A stretch of 64,000 bases of DNA from Eledone cirrhosa (GCA_964016885.1 OZ024742.1:291090001-291154000); one strand, 5' to 3'. Positions 38,690 through 53,543 are shown, numbered from the stretch's first letter. Notes: a model not told the origin generated them from the letters alone. Made by a program: numbers and translations.

Positions 38690-41150
38690 TAGAGGAAGTA
38701 ATAGTTTGTCACCACACTAGTTAGTAGGAAGTAATAGTTACCACACTAGTTAGTAGGAAGTACAGTAGATAGTAATAGTTACTACACTAGTTAGTAGGAA
38801 GTAATAGTTAGCCATCACACTAGTTAGTAGGAAGTACAGTAGATAGAAATAGTTACTACACTAGTTAGTAGGAAGTAATAGTTAGCCATCACACTAGTTA
38901 GTAGGAAGTAATAGTTACCACACTAGTTAGTAGGAAGTAATAGTTAGCCATCACACTAGTTAGTAGGAAGTACAGTAGATAGTAATAGTTACTACACTAG
39001 TTATTATGAAGTAATAGTTAGCCATCACACTAGTTAGTAGGAAGTACAGTAGATAGAAATAGTTACTACACTAGTTAGTAGGAAGTAATAGTTAGCCATC
39101 ACACTAGTTAGTAGGAAGTACAGTAGATAGAAATAGTTACTACACTAGTTATTATGAAGTAATAGTTAGCCATCACACTAGTTAGTAGGAAGTAATAGTT
39201 AGCCATCACACTAGTTAGTAGGAAGTAATAGTTACCACACTAGTTAGTAGGAAGTAATAGTTAGCCATCACACTAGTTAGTAGGAAGTACAGTAGATAGT
39301 AATAGTTACTACACTAGTTATTATGAAGTAATAGTTAGCCATCACACTAGTTAGTAGGAAGTACATCATCATCATCATCATCATCATCAACGTTTAACGT
39401 CCGTGTTCCACGCTTGCATGGGTTTGGACGGGGGTAGTCCCACTTGAGGCAAGAGTGATTGTCTTGCTCGCATAGGACTGTCTGGCAGGTTTTCTACAGT
39501 TGGATGCCCTTCCTAACACCAACCACATTTACAGTGTGGGTCTGGGAGGTTTTTACCATGTTGCCTACACGGCCACATTACAGCGTGGACTGTGTGTTTT
39601 TTTGTCGTGACACCTACACGATCTCGTTTGTTTCGGCCTGGATGGCGCGGCACCAACATAACTTTACATGGAACGGGGTGGTGTGGATGGGGTGGGGGTG
39701 GTGGCGGGATGGGGTGTAGTTTGTTAGAGATGCCTACTGGCAAGGCGGGTCTTCTCTGTTACTGAGTACCGCCAAAGGTCACGGTCCAGTGACATTGTCT
39801 TGGAGAGGTGTAAGTGTGTGAGGTCGGAGTTTATCAGCTCATCCCATGTTTTTCTAGGTCTGCCTATTCCGTGGCTACCGTCTATCTTTATTGCCCTGCA
39901 CTTTGTAATACAGCTATCGACTTTCATGCGCATCACGTGTCCATACCAACGCAGCCTTCTCTCGAGTAAACAACATCTGATCCCTCTTATCTCTAATTTT
40001 TTCCTTAGTTCGTTTATGCTTTGCCGTTCACGTATATTACTGTTACACATCCAGCGGAGCATGCAAGCTTCGTTCCTCTCTAGTCTGCGTATATCCTCTG
40101 CACACAATTCCCAGGTCTCACTACCATGCAGCATTGCTGTTCGTATGCAGGCATCGTACAACCTGCCTTTCATTTTTAGGGAGAACCCTTTAGCAGCTAA
40201 TAGTGGTATAAGCTCTCTGAACTTTTTCCAACCAGTTCTGACTCTAGCTACAGTACTTTCAGAGCACCCTCCCCCACTGCTGATTTTATCGCCCAGGTAA
40301 CGGAAGCTGTCCACTATTTCTATAGAACCCTCTGCGCAATTTAAAGAGCTAGTATTTTGTGGGCACTTGCTGCTACTTATTGCACCAGAACACCGGCCAC
40401 ATGTAAAGTCTATGTTCTTAGTTAGCTTACCTGTGATCCCACTACATCTTTTATGCACCCATACTTTGCATTTAGGACATAAGATGGAGTTTCTACCTAC
40501 GCCTTTCCTACATACCGAGCACGACCATTTCCCAGAAGGGACCGCCGCCTTGTTTTCTTTCCTACAAACTAGAACTTTGGTCTTAGCCAGGTTAATTTTA
40601 AGTCCTTTTGACTCTAGGCCGTGCTTCCATGTTTGGACAGTAGATAGAAATAGTTACTACACTAGTTAGTAGGAAGTAATAGTTAGCCATCACACTAGTT
40701 AGTAGGAAGTACAGTAGATAGAAATAGTTACTACACTAGTTATTATGAAGTAATAGTTAGCCATCACACTAGTTAGTAGGAAGTAATAGTTAGCCACCAC
40801 ACTAGTTAGTAGGAAGTAATAGTTACCACACTAGTTAGTAGGAAGTAATAGTTAGCCATCACACTAGTTAGTAGGAAGTACAGTAGGTAGTAATAGTTAC
40901 CACACTAGTTAGTATGAAGTAATAGTTAGCCACCACACTAGTTAGTAGAAAGTACAGTAGGTAGTAATAGATACCACACTAGTTAGTAGGAAGTAATAGT
41001 TAGCCATCACACTAGTTAGTAGGAAGTAGATAGTAATAGTTACTACACTAGTTAGTAGGAAGTATAATAGTCAGTCAGTAATAGTTAGTCACCACACTAG
41101 TTAGTAGAAAGTATAATAGACAGTAATTTTTAGTCACCACACTAGACAGG
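38690..41150 (+). repeat. Complex minisatellite (core ACACTAGTTAGTAGGAAGTA; ~28/33/42-bp variants) split by an RTE insertion
   Basis: Arrays at 38690-39364 and 40635-41150. Confidence 0.9.
39365..40632 (-). mobile_element. RTE LINE 3' part inserted in the minisatellite
   Basis: ORF 39724-40458 and upstream PHD-like Cys region, FRYLGD, RRLRWYGHV; (ATG)n tail. Same subfamily as 61858-62428. Confidence 0.92.
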
Positions 41151-41782
41151 AGGGAACACATTAAATCTTCACAAGCTTATATTCTCTACTACCTTATCTA
41201 GTAGGTTCATGGCCTAGTGGTAAGAGTGTTGGTCTGACATTTGTAAGGACATGGATTTCATTATGAACCAGGTGGCATGCTATGTCCTTGAGCAAGGTAC
41301 TTCTTTTCACATTCCTCCAGTTCATATGGCTGAAAAATGACTACCAACAGCTGCACCTTGAAGGAGGTGGGGCAGGTAGTCATGTGTTCTGTCAATTAAC
41401 ATTGCATGAAACCAGATAGAAAGAAGTGTAATAGATAGTATTAATTAGTTAACATACTAGTTAGTAGGAAGTACACTAGACAATAATATTTAGTCACTAC
41501 AGGGTCAATATATCTGTGTGTATGTAAAGTGGTAGTGCTAATGCCATGATAAAATGCACCAAATTCCCTATGTAATATGGTATAGATAGTGCCACGAAAA
41601 AAGAACCCTGTCTTCACCCTAAAGCAGTATTGCTGGTGCCATGACAAAAGCATCCAGTCCATTCTGTAAGATGGTAGTGTCAGAGTCATGAGGAAATGTT
41701 CCCAGTACAAGCTGTAATGTGGTTAATGTTAGGAAGGGCATCCAGGCACAGTAACCATGCTCCCAGTACATGCTGTAAAGTG

Positions 41783-42070
41783 GAATGAGACACCAACAGA
41801 TCTAGCTGCAATACGCAAGACGATCTGCAGGCCAGGATCACGAGTGCCTTTAGAGGCCTAATTCGGGGGACAGTGACAAAGGCCTGTAGCCGGTTCCGAG
41901 GCCGCCTTGAGGCCGTCATCAAAGCCAATGGCGGGTTTATCGAGTGAGATCGAAAGAACAAGTCATGAAGACAAACAGACCCAAGTTTGATAAATATATC
42001 TTAAAAAATAAAACTACTGTGTTATTTTTTCCTAGACATAATCTTGCGAACAAATATCGTCCGCACCCTG
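41783..42070 (+). mobile_element. DD37D mariner 3' fragment with right TIR
   Basis: Closely matches 18765-19053. Confidence 0.85.
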
Positions 42071-42574
42071 TATATATATATACCATATGTATATGTATAC
42101 TAACCCACCACACTACACTGGCAACACTACCATCAATGCTTTCACTGCCACCATCCTTCACTGTCACTATCAATCCTCCTCCTTTGAAACTAAGTATTTG
42201 ATGACATAAGAACTCCTCCCCAGCCCTGCTCCCTCAGTATTCAGCTGTATTAACACCACCCCAATATACTTTGCTATGCTATTTCACAAATGGTATTTAC
42301 TTAGCAGTTTTCACTAGACACTTTACAGCTTGTTTTTACTTAGCAGTTTGCACTAGACACTTTACAGGTTGCCTGTTGTAGCCCCTGTGGATATATATGT
42401 CAACATCAAAACCTGAACTCAAAAGTTTGTTGATGTACAAATTCTTTCTTAATCTAAAATTGACTTTAATTAACACATATCCAGAAATATATTTGTCTCT
42501 GGGTGTAGTTAATCTCTTTGATACTAATTTACCTGGTTCTATGATTCTAAAGTGTTTATTTTATAGTGTTTATA

Positions 42575-43250
42575 TTTTCAGTATGAATAAATAAATAGAT
42601 TTTTAAAGAAATAGAGAGAAAGTGACATCCAAATGAGTATCCTTCACCTCCAACTAACTCACCCTCCACTTCTGGGTCCCAGCTGACAAGAAGGAGAATA
42701 TATTGCCCAGGAGGACAGCGAGGAAGATGTGCTGTAATAGGCACTCCACCTCACGAGGCCCACACTTGCAGGTGGCCAACTCTGATAGCAGTGAGTAGGG
42801 ATGTGGTCCAGGGGCCAAGAACACCAGAAGTCTCCACTGCTACAGGCTCTACCACAAACCTATCAGAGAGCAACCGATACTTGGACAGTTTGCCCTCTTC
42901 GGCCTGGCAAACAGCCAATCCTAGGCTGGTAGCCGAACGCACCAGGTTGCCGCTAGAGGAGGTGTCACAGCATGTCACATCCCAGATGGGGGGGGGGGGC
43001 TACCCTCATGGAACGGGAAGATTGTCATGCTGCCTGGCCTTTGCCATCCTCTTGGTCTAGCACCACTGGCTCGAGCTTGGAAGGGAAGCCTGTACCACCC
43101 CAGTCATGCTTTATGATCTCATTAAAAGCAGCATGGCATGGGAGCCAGCCAGCACTGTAACAGCATGACAGTGGGTGGAGACCAAAACTTTCCACAGTTG
43201 TACCACAGCAGCATTCATGAGGCTCATAGACACAGAAACTGAGCCTCAGA
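42575..43250 (-). mobile_element. CRE-like RLE retrotransposon fragment
   Basis: AEEGKLSKY..LSDRFVVEPVAVETSGVLG, homologous to 24651-25115. Confidence 0.8.
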
Positions 43251-43351
43251 AAAATTTATCTAAAAGCCTTCCATTATGAATTTATGTAAAAAAAACTTTG
43301 TAAAGCTATGTTACAAACAACTGATTAATAATGTGAAATGTTGTCATATTA

Positions 43352-43530
43352 TTTGGCAGTATCGGTAGAGGGTCGGACGCCATGCTTTCCAGCATAGTTA
43401 CGTCCCTTTACGATCTGAGTTCAAATCCCGCCGAGGTTGACTTTGCCTTTCATCCTTACAGGGTCGATAAAATAAAGTACCAGTAATGAACTGGGTAATT
43501 GCTGGCCTTGTGCCTAAAGTAGAAACAATT
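43352..43530 (+). mobile_element. tRNA-derived SINE
   Basis: Near-identical to 5906-6092. Confidence 0.88.
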
Positions 43531-44556
43531 TTTAAATCCCTAGATATATGGTAATGAAAGGGTTTGACTGGTCTTAAAAACAGTCACATGGATTTGAAGA
43601 GCAATTTATTGTGAAGTTTCCAGCAGCAATAAATAAAATCGTTCAGTTTATGGAAATTATAAAAAGATTCAACAGCAAAAACATTTAACAATTCTTTATC
43701 TGGTTTTATTCTGCTACCTTTCTCTCCCCCTCTCTCTTTCTCTCTCTCTCTCCCTCTCTTTCTTTCTCCCCCTTTCTCTCTCACTTTTGTTTTTGTTTCT
43801 TTTTATATATAAGGGACATCAAATACCTTTCTCAGTCAGTCCTGTCATACCAGAAGGGATAAGCATCGTCAAGCAAATGAACCAATTACTGATTGACGAT
43901 TAATTGGCTTTTGTTTGAGGACTCTGCCCACAAGAACATTCTCAGGAATAGGTAGGTGAAGAAGAAGAAGAAGAAGAAGAAGAAGAAGAAGCAGAAGAAG
44001 AAGATATAGCAGATTGGTGTAGGCATGGCTGTGTGGTTAAAGGGATCACTTTGTACGATTGTGAAGTAGTTTCTTGGAAGCTAAACAGCTGGTCTCTCAG
44101 CCATGTAGCTACTAATCTCTCCTACATTTCATTATAACAATTTTATCTCTGACTGATTAGGAATATAGAAGCGATACTTCCAACTTAGAAACAACGTCAA
44201 GTCTAATTTGCTTACCATGGAATGAAAAGCAGCAGATTGACAAATTAAAAATGAACTCTTTCACCTGGTTTATTGTTGACCTCTGAAGCAATTGTAGGTC
44301 AAACAAACCATCTACAGTTATAACTATTGCCCAACAGCTCCATGCTAGTATCACAGAAATATGTATAATAATAAATATGATTATGTAACTTCTGTCTAAA
44401 TATTTATTTCATACATGATAACTCTGTTATGTTTGATCGCTACCTTTAAGCTGGATAGATACAACTGATGTAGAGTGCTCTTACCTGCTTACACCTGTTT
44501 ATCAATGAGAAATCATAACACAACTTTTACTGATAAATAACACAGCAACTAGCAAC

Positions 44557-44644
<88 letters not shown>

Positions 44645-44676
44645 CGTGTGTGTGCATGTGTGTGTGTGTGTATATA

Positions 44677-44759
<83 letters not shown>

Positions 44760-45643
44760 TATATATATATACATATATATATACATGTATATATATATCA
44801 TCATCATCATCTCTGTCTATATATATATATATATTTATATACCCCTCTATTTGGCATTTATTGACCTGACCTGCAGAAAGCTTTTGATAGAGTCCTCCAT
44901 TCTTTAATCTGGTGGGCACTTAGGAAACAAGGGGTGGATGAGTGGTTTTTGAGGGCAGTACAAGCCATGTATAGAGGAACAGTCAGCAAGGTTAAAATTA
45001 ATAATGACTATAGTGAGGAGTTTAGCATGCAAGTGGGGTCTACCAGTTAGGTGTCCATCTAGCCAGAAACAGTTCTGTAAGAGCAAGACAAAGTCACCTG
45101 ACTTGACTTGCCTCAAATGGGATAATCTCCCTAACCCATGTTAGCGTGGAAAATAAATGTTAAATGATGATGATGAGGGTATATATATCAATATTTGGGG
45201 CCAACAATCATAACAACCTCTCCTGTGCACTGGCTGAAGCATCAACCGTACATAAAGCTAGACACAGATCCCTGGCCTGCATGGGAGATCAGTGACTCTG
45301 CATCAGTATTGACTTGGTCAACATAGACCCGTCCTAACCTTGCTAGCAGGGAAAGTGAACATTAAAACAATGATAATGATGATGCTATAGCTTCAACACA
45401 ATAGCTGGATTATGGCTTCTCTGGTCACCAGATGCAAAGTCTTCAAACATAATCATCAGGATTCTGCTGGCGAGGGATGCTGGCCTCAATGGACGGGATC
45501 TTCTTGCTACAATGAGACATTGGACAGTTTGGAACAAGAATTTATTCATGCTTCACCTTCAATAGAGGGATGACTCAAGAAGAAGAATATATAATGCTGG
45601 TGATGATGATGATGATACACACACACACACATATATATTTATA

Positions 45644-46240
45644 CTAGCTAAACTGCCCATAATTTGGACGGTTCAAGTAGCTTTTGATGTAGTTCATTAA
45701 ACTAAACAAAGTAAATTTGAATACATAGAAGAAAAACGTACTTTATGTAAACATGAAAACCTTAGGCACTATTCCAGTGAAATAATTAATATGTGAGCTC
45801 GGTATCATTTTTGACAACAGTAAAAGCGCATCATGAAATAGAGAAGTGAAATGAATAATAGACACTATTATGTATAAAGCATAATATTGTAAAAGTTATG
45901 ACATCACTTTATGTATGAACATCAAGGAAGTGTACCTTTTGTTTCAAGTACAAAGAGTAAATTTAAATCCGAATGAGCCGAATTACCAAAGATAACTCTT
46001 GTCTTACTTAATCACGAAAATTCACACAAATAACTGAAACATTTTTAATGTCTCCAAAGGCCCCAATATCGATTTTTGAAAGCCTTTGTAGATCATGTAC
46101 ATGTTTTGTGCAAGGAGAAGCTCTGTAAAAAATTTCAAAGAAATCGCATGAATGGTTTAGAATATATGAGCCCTCATTAAAAATTGTCCACACGCACATA
46201 CACACACATACAGAAAACTACAGCTTTATATATATACATA
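45644..46240 (-). mobile_element. Non-autonomous Helitron-like element
   Basis: On the minus strand it starts TATATATATAAAGCTGTAG and ends with hairpin CCGTCCAAATTATGGGC plus CTAG|T. Confidence 0.6.
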
Positions 46241-46317
46241 TAGTATATATATATATACTTCGTTTTTGTATTTGTTTTTGCAAGATTTCTTATCTGAAAA
46301 CGTGTGCTGAAACAGAT

Positions 46318-46660
46318 ATTGTTATACTTTGGGAGGGTCATACTACAAATAAAAAACACACACACTTGTTGTTTTTCACTTCAATTTATTGCAAATTTCT
46401 GGCTGGTTGGTTTAATAACAGATTACAGAAATGACAAACATAAACGAACTCTGACCAAAATTAAGCAGAAAATACAAGTGGAATAGCAACAACATCACAA
46501 CTAGTAACTAAGGACAAGATAAAGATATACAGAGATACATAAGAACTAAACTAATAAAATAAACCAGACACACACAGATAGAACAAACAACAAACTAGTG
46601 ACAAGTAAATAAACACACGAATAAATAAATAAAAACACAACACACACCCGGATATAGACT
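46318..46660. mobile_element. Remnant of the 8730-11228 PLE family (inverted pLTR end plus ORF 3' end and UTR)
   Basis: TTGTTATACTTTGGGAGGGTCAT terminus followed by a plus-strand ..QITE...KL.RKY.WNSN remnant. Another small remnant at ~29311-29395. Confidence 0.7.
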
Positions 46661-47143
46661 CCACCTCTCAGTTCCTTATTGATTGTTCTCATCCTTAATG
46701 TACAGCCCCATACCACACTTTTAAATCCCATCATTCTTATCATAGGCCCGTGACATGATGTCATACTTGTCATTCTTCCTTTTTACTTCCACCCCACATT
46801 TTCTGACATATCCATGACATTTTACTTATCCTTCTTACACCTATCCCATTCTCTTCTAAACAAGCTTGCCTTAGGGTTAGGCTCCTTCACACCCTGCCAC
46901 CACCCCTACGCTAGGGTGCTTGTGCTGTAACAAGATACCCTGTACACACTGTAATAGTGTAGGCAAAGACGTAAGCAAGAGGTGGCTCCTAGTCAGTCAT
47001 TGAGGACAGTGGGTATATTTGAGTGGTGAGTTGGTCTCTTATGGCTTGTCCAACACTTACTCACAGGGAGAACAGATGTTAAATGATGATGATGATGAAT
47101 ATTTATGTATGTATGTATGTACTTGAATAATTGTCTCCCTTGC

Positions 47144-47178
<35 letters not shown>

Positions 47179-47201
47179 ATATATATGTGTGTGTGTGTGT
47201 G

Positions 47202-47234
<33 letters not shown>

Positions 47235-47849
47235 ATGTGTGTGTGCACTCACACCTCATTCTCACTAAGTGTGAACCTAATACCATTTGTAACTTGTACG
47301 CCTGCATTGTTGTTTTTTATATTCCAATATATATATATATACATATATATAGATACAGTATATATATATATATATATATATATAGTTTAGTAAGGCCCGC
47401 TCTATGTGTAGCTCCCATCCAAGATTGAACCCCAGACCAGGATCTCCACCAACTCTAATACTTCCCACTAGGCCACTGAATGTGTATATGTGTGTATTTG
47501 TCAACACTTTTGGAGAGAAGTGCAGAGAAAAACCCATAGTCAATCAGTTGGATCCAATTTGAAAAAAATTAATACATTTTTTATTCTTTCTTTAAAAACA
47601 AAACAAAAATGCTAAAGTGAAATAAGATATCTTAAAATATAAAAATATAAACATTTATTTTTCTGATGTTTTTTTTTTTTCTGCAACATTATCTTGTTTT
47701 TATTGTGTTGTATGCGAAAATATGAGATATCTTAATGGTGACCTCATTAGAAACTCTCCCATCTGTTTAGTCAAACTCTCCCATTTGTCGTCAACTCCTC
47801 CTTGTAGTTCTGGTAATTTAATGTTTGACTAAGAACTCCTTCTTCCTCT

Positions 47850-47856
47850 TATATAA
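47850..47856 (+). promoter_or_regulatory. Candidate TATA box
   Basis: TATATAA about 70 nt upstream of the ATG at 47919, in otherwise non-repetitive sequence. Confidence 0.35.
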
Positions 47857-47918
47857 TCGGTTCTTTGGGGATATAACTAGCCTTACGTGAATGCTTTTAC
47901 TGTTATTCAAAGATAAAC

Positions 47919-47990
47919 ATGCAAGACACTATTTTATGGACTGCCTTTCTCTGGCTGGGTTTGGTTGGTGCTATGCCTATCATTTTAAAC
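47919..47990 (+). CDS. Probable first exon of a second secreted protein, likely a tandem astacin paralogue (MQDTILWTAFLWLGLVGA/MPIILN)
   Basis: Signal-peptide-like 24 codons ending at a strong phase-0 GTAAGT donor. Size, phase and G.xGA.P pattern match exon 1635-1703. Downstream exons not identified. Confidence 0.6.
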
Positions 47991-48009
47991 GTAAGTACTC
48001 TTATCTTTC

Positions 48010-49660
48010 TTTAACTCTTTCATTACCAGAGATTTCTAATGAATAACACTACTGTCATTTTGAAAATAATTTGCAAGGATTTAGTAAAATTATTAACTTT
48101 TTCATTATTATCCTGATGTTTGGAACATAATTTAATAAAGGTTCTTATATAAAATTATGATGGACAGTTTTTATACAAACGATGAAATAATTTTGAAAAT
48201 AATCAATAATTTGGAAGGATTTAGTAATATAACTTAACTTTCTCATTATTAATCTGGTGTTTAGAGCATAAATGTTCTGACATAAAATTATGAAGAAAGG
48301 TTTTTAGATAAATATATACACTTTAATTACTATATTTTAATAAAAGACACTAGCTAAAATTTTCAAATAAGTTTGAAAATAATCAAACATTTGAGGTGGG
48401 GTGGGGATTAGTAATGTAAAAAAACCTTCTTAATATTAAGCTGGTTTTTAGAATGTAACTTATGGTAAATTTTTATTAATAAACCCGTTTTCTTTTAGAG
48501 GTGAAATTTATGTTTTTCTTGTGATTTTTGATGCAGTTTGAACAAATCTGAACTTTAAAGCCATCTGAAATTATTGATTTTTTTTTAGCTAATCCTCCAT
48601 CTAGCCATCGATCTAGAGGCACTCTGATGGGAACCTGTTCTTGGGTGGGGGGGAATCATAGAAAATCTGTAGTTTCAAACAGTTTTCACAAAAAATCATA
48701 GGAAAAACTTCAGACAGTGAAGTAAGGGCCCAATTAATCCGGATTGGCAGTATCGGTAGAGCGTCGGACAACATGCTTCGTGGCATCGAGTTACAGGCCT
48801 TCATGTTCTTTGTTCAAATCCCACCGAGGTTATAGCTTTGCCTCTCATCCTTACGGGGTCGATAAAATAAAGCTCCAGTAATACACTGGGGTCGATTTAA
48901 TCGACTTTCTTCTCCCCTTCAAATTGCTGGCCTTGTATCTAAAGTAGAAAGAATTATATACATTAGGTCAATAAAGTTCTCCACCAGAGGGAGACAGGGG
49001 CAATATTAAATATTTACTTTATTATGATAAAAGGCATACATTAATCATTTTGCTACCATATTTCTAATGAAAAACACTGCCTATGATTTTCAAATCATTT
49101 TGAAAATATAAAAAATATTGAAGGGATTTACTAATGTAATAAAATTTTTCATTATTAAGCTGGTGGTTGGAACATAACTTAACAAAGGTTCTTACATAAA
49201 GTTATTATTAAAGTAGTATATCTCTAATATATATCTAATATATCTAATATCTCTAGTATATCTCAAATTATTTTGAAACTTATCAAGAATTTGGAGGGAT
49301 TTAATAATATACTAATTTTCTAATTATTAAAGTTGGTGTTTGGAATATAACTTAACAAGCTTAACAAAAATTCTTAACAAAGATTCTTAACTAAGATTGT
49401 GATAGTAAGTCTTTTAAATTTATACAAACAGTTTAACCCTTTCATTACCATATTTCTGCTGAAAGTCACCATCATATGATTTTCAAATAATTTTCAAAAT
49501 AATCATGAATTTAGAGAAATTTAGCAATATAACTTTCTCATTAAGATGGAGCATAATTCAACAAATGTTTTTACATAAAATCATGATGGGAACCTTCTTA
49601 TTTAGTTAAATATAAACATTTTAGAACAGTTTTGTTAAAGGTGCTTTAAAATCAAAAGTT
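48010..49660. repeat. Degenerate AT-rich ~200-bp repeat family (TTAACCCTTT..TTACCATATTT...CTGGTGTTTGGAACATAA), piggyBac-MITE-like
   Basis: Several diverged units; relatives at 23500-24150 and 26890-27190. Confidence 0.55.
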
Positions 49661-51059
49661 TAAACATACACTGTTACTTTATTGATCATAATATTGTGTA
49701 TCAAAATAATATATAAGGATGTGTTTTTCATGAAAACATTAAAATGTATTTAAAAAAAGTATAGCACTTTAAAACTGTATAGCACTTCAAATTGATTACT
49801 TCAGTAAAAGATTTTTTTTTATTATTAGATGTTGAAAGGGTGGTGGATTGGAAATTGTCCAATAAATGCCTTGCAGTATTTAGTCACAGCCCTTTATGTT
49901 CTGAGATTGTTTTAAATCCTGTTGAGGTCAACTTTGCTTTTCATCTTACCAGGGTCCATAAAGTGAAGTACCAGTCAAGTACTGGGATCAATATAATCAA
50001 ATTTCCCTCTTCTCCAAAACTGCTGGCCTTGTACCTAAATTAAAAACCATTATTAGAGGGAAAAATCTTGTTTCAAATGTTTTGTGAGAAAAATAAGTAT
50101 TTTGTTATAAAAATATATTAGTCATCATTTTATTGCTGAAGTTTAAAATAATGTGCTTAATAGGTGCAGATATGGCTGTGTGTTTAAGAAGTTTACTTGA
50201 ATGCCACATGGTTTGGGTTCAATCAAACTGTGTGGCATGATGGGCAAGTGACTGCTACTATAGCCTCAGGTTGACCAATGCCTTGTGAGGGAAATTTGGG
50301 AAGCAAAAACTGCAGAAACCTGCCATCATCATCATCATCATTGTCGTTGTCATTGTTGTTGTCATCATCATCATCACAAACATCATCATTTAACGTTCCT
50401 TTTCTCTGCTAGCAAGGATTGGACAGGTCATCACAGACCAGGTCAGTGCTCAAGTAGAGTTACTGATCTCTCAGATGGGCCAGGGGCCTGCATCTTACTT
50501 ACATATTCCTGTACTCTATCCAATGCTCAGATCGCTTTTATGTTCCTATGTTCTCCCAAGTGCATTTTATCATGGCACCAGCAATAGGGAGGTTGTTATG
50601 TCTTTGACACAGCTGAAGAGTCCTCCCAACCTTTGAATTGCTGGATTTCCTTCCTATCATCAACTGCTATACAGGCTGTGTTGGGTGCATTTATTGAGTA
50701 AATCATCAACACTAGGGAGGTTATCATATCTTTGATACAACAGAAAAGTTCTCTTGATCCCTTGTTTGTCCAGCTTCCTAAAGCCAGATGCTCTTCCTAT
50801 ACCCAGTTACTTTACAGAGTGCACTGGGTGCATTTATTATGTAGATCACCAACACTAAAGATGCCGAGCCATTGACATTATTTGTACAGCAGAATGCCCT
50901 TTTATTCACCAACCACCTTATATCATGTAGTGGGTGTGTTTTTTTTCATGGTACAAGCTCTAGGGAGGCTGTCAGTTATTGATTCAAATGTAAAGCCTTC
51001 CCTACCATATAGGAGTGGAGATTAAGAAGGATGGTAAATATGATGTTATGGGTGTATTA

Positions 51060-51680
51060 CAAATGTGGTGGGATTTGAGAGGATGCTGAGTAGGAACGAA
51101 GAGTGTCCACTTCATAGAATTTCTGCCCAGTTTTTTTTTACATATCAAGTAAGGTTACTTCCCTGGTGGTATCAACTTCTTGTGCTCTTTCCAACTTATT
51201 ATGACTTTCCTGATTGCTAAATTTACTTTTAGGCCTTCCAGCTCTAGGTTCTTCTTCCATCCATGAAATTTTGCCTCTAACTTTCCTATGGATTCAGCTT
51301 TAAGGGCTAGGTAATCAGCATATTGGAGCTCCCATATTGGAGTGCCAGTTTTAAATTCCTCAGTTATAGACTAAATAACAATGATAAGCAGAAGTAGACA
51401 GAGGACTAAGCTTTAGTTGAGCCCCCCACCTACACTTCAAATTCATCTCAGTACTCACTGCCAACTCTCATCTTACTTGTTGCACCTATAAGCATGGCTT
51501 GCATGGTCCTTATGAGCAATATAAATACACCAACCAGATTACAAATTGAAGAACTTGTTGAAGGCCTTCTCCATATCCACAAAATCCAGGTACAATGACT
51601 TACTCTTAGCTAAGTAGTTATCCTGCAGTTTTCTCACCAGAAAGAGGACATTGGTAGTACATGGACCCCACGAAGTAAAC
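51060..51680 (-). mobile_element. Degenerate RTE RT fragment
   Basis: FVDMEKAF and WELQYADYL remnants on the minus strand. Confidence 0.65.
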
Positions 51681-52053
51681 CTCTGCCTTAGTAGGGAAAA
51701 TTGATTTAAAATATATGTATTTATTACTTATACTATGTATTACCAACATATATATCATATACTATATATATTCTATAGTATATTTATAAATTAGATTGTA
51801 TATTATAGCATTAGTAAATTTGCCAAACAAAAGGATAAAAGGACTTCAGCTATGACAAAGACGTAACAACCTCACTATTGCTGGTGCCATGATAAAATGT
51901 ACCCAGTACAGTCTGTTGAGTGCAAGAATGTATGTAAGTAATATGTGGATCCCAGCCCATCTTTGAGTTCAGTAAATCTGATAAAATATCGACATGTTCT
52001 TAGACGACCCATCCTGCTCTTGCTAGCAAATAAAATAGATGTTAAATGATGAT

Positions 52054-52235
52054 AATTGTTTCTACTTTAGGCACAAGGCCAGCAATTACCCAGTGCATTA
52101 CTGGTACTTTATTTTATCGACCCCGTAAGGATGAAAGGCAAAGTCAACCTCGGCGGGATTTGAACTCAGATCGTAAAGGGACGTAACTATGCTGGAAAGC
52201 ATGGCGTCCGACTCTCTATTGATACTGCCAATCCA
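52054..52235 (-). mobile_element. tRNA-derived SINE
   Basis: Reverse complement near-identical to 5906-6092. Confidence 0.88.
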
Positions 52236-52267
52236 AATGTTGATAAGCTATTTTTGATGTTGTCTAG

Positions 52268-52407
<140 letters not shown>

Positions 52408-53543
52408 ATAACAGAGTGTAGAGATTGTTTGAAGCATTGTTGAATAAGAAATATAAATTTAAATAATTTTGAAAACCATACAATGCATTAGAAAATTAAA
52501 GGTGCCAAGATGACGATAGAATCTTACCTTAGAAAATCTAATATATATCATCATCATCATCGTTTAACGTCCATTTTCCATGCTAGCATGGTTATGACAG
52601 GCTGTCCCGTTGTGAGAGATCCAGGTTGGAGGACTATGTTTTGCTCACACAGAACTGATTTTGGCTTGGGTTCTACTGCTGGATGCCCTTTCTAGTGCCA
52701 ACCACATTTACAATGTATACTGGGTGCTTTTTGTTGTGCCATCTAGATGAACACTTTACAGTGTGGGCTATGTGCCTTTTGTCATGTAACCTACACTACC
52801 ACTTTATAGTGTGGGTTGGGTGCTTTTTGTTGTGACATGTAGATGATCACTTTACTGTGTGGGTTGAGTGCTTTTTGTTGTGTCACCTACACAACCACTT
52901 TACATATATGTATAAGGAACTTTTTTATGCTTATGAATGTGACATTCTTAGTCATGACTGTGTGGTTAAGGAGCTTGCCTCGCAGCCGTGTGGTTTCAGG
53001 TTCAGTCCCACTGTTTGGCATCTTTGGCAAGCAACTGCTACAATAGTCAAGGAAATGCCCAGCATGGCCACAGTCTGATACTAGTAAAAGAATAAATGAA
53101 TAACTGATAAAGATCTTCAAAGTGTTATGGATAAAACTCCATTGGCATGTAAGATTTTAGGCCTGACAATAAATCTTGATAAAACCTTTTCCTTATCATC
53201 CCTGCTCTGTTAGGTTTGGACTGAAACAGCATGTTCTGAGCATTAGTTATGAGATAACTTTGATAACAAAATCATAAAAAGAAATACCATATGTTTCACT
53301 GATAGTAGAGTCTATTTAGGAGTAAGATTAAGAGGACGATTTAGTCTTGTCAATGACACAACTTCTCTAGTGCAGGTGTCACAATAAAATATACACAGGG
53401 ATTCTAAATCAGGATCTCTCTTTCTTCCGTGGCCTAATAGTCTTTGCTCTTTCCCTCCTTTTCTTCTACCATTTATAGTCCTTTCCTTTACTCTATGACA
53501 GCCAGATCTGCCCTTCTTTACCCCACCCTTTATTTTCATCATT

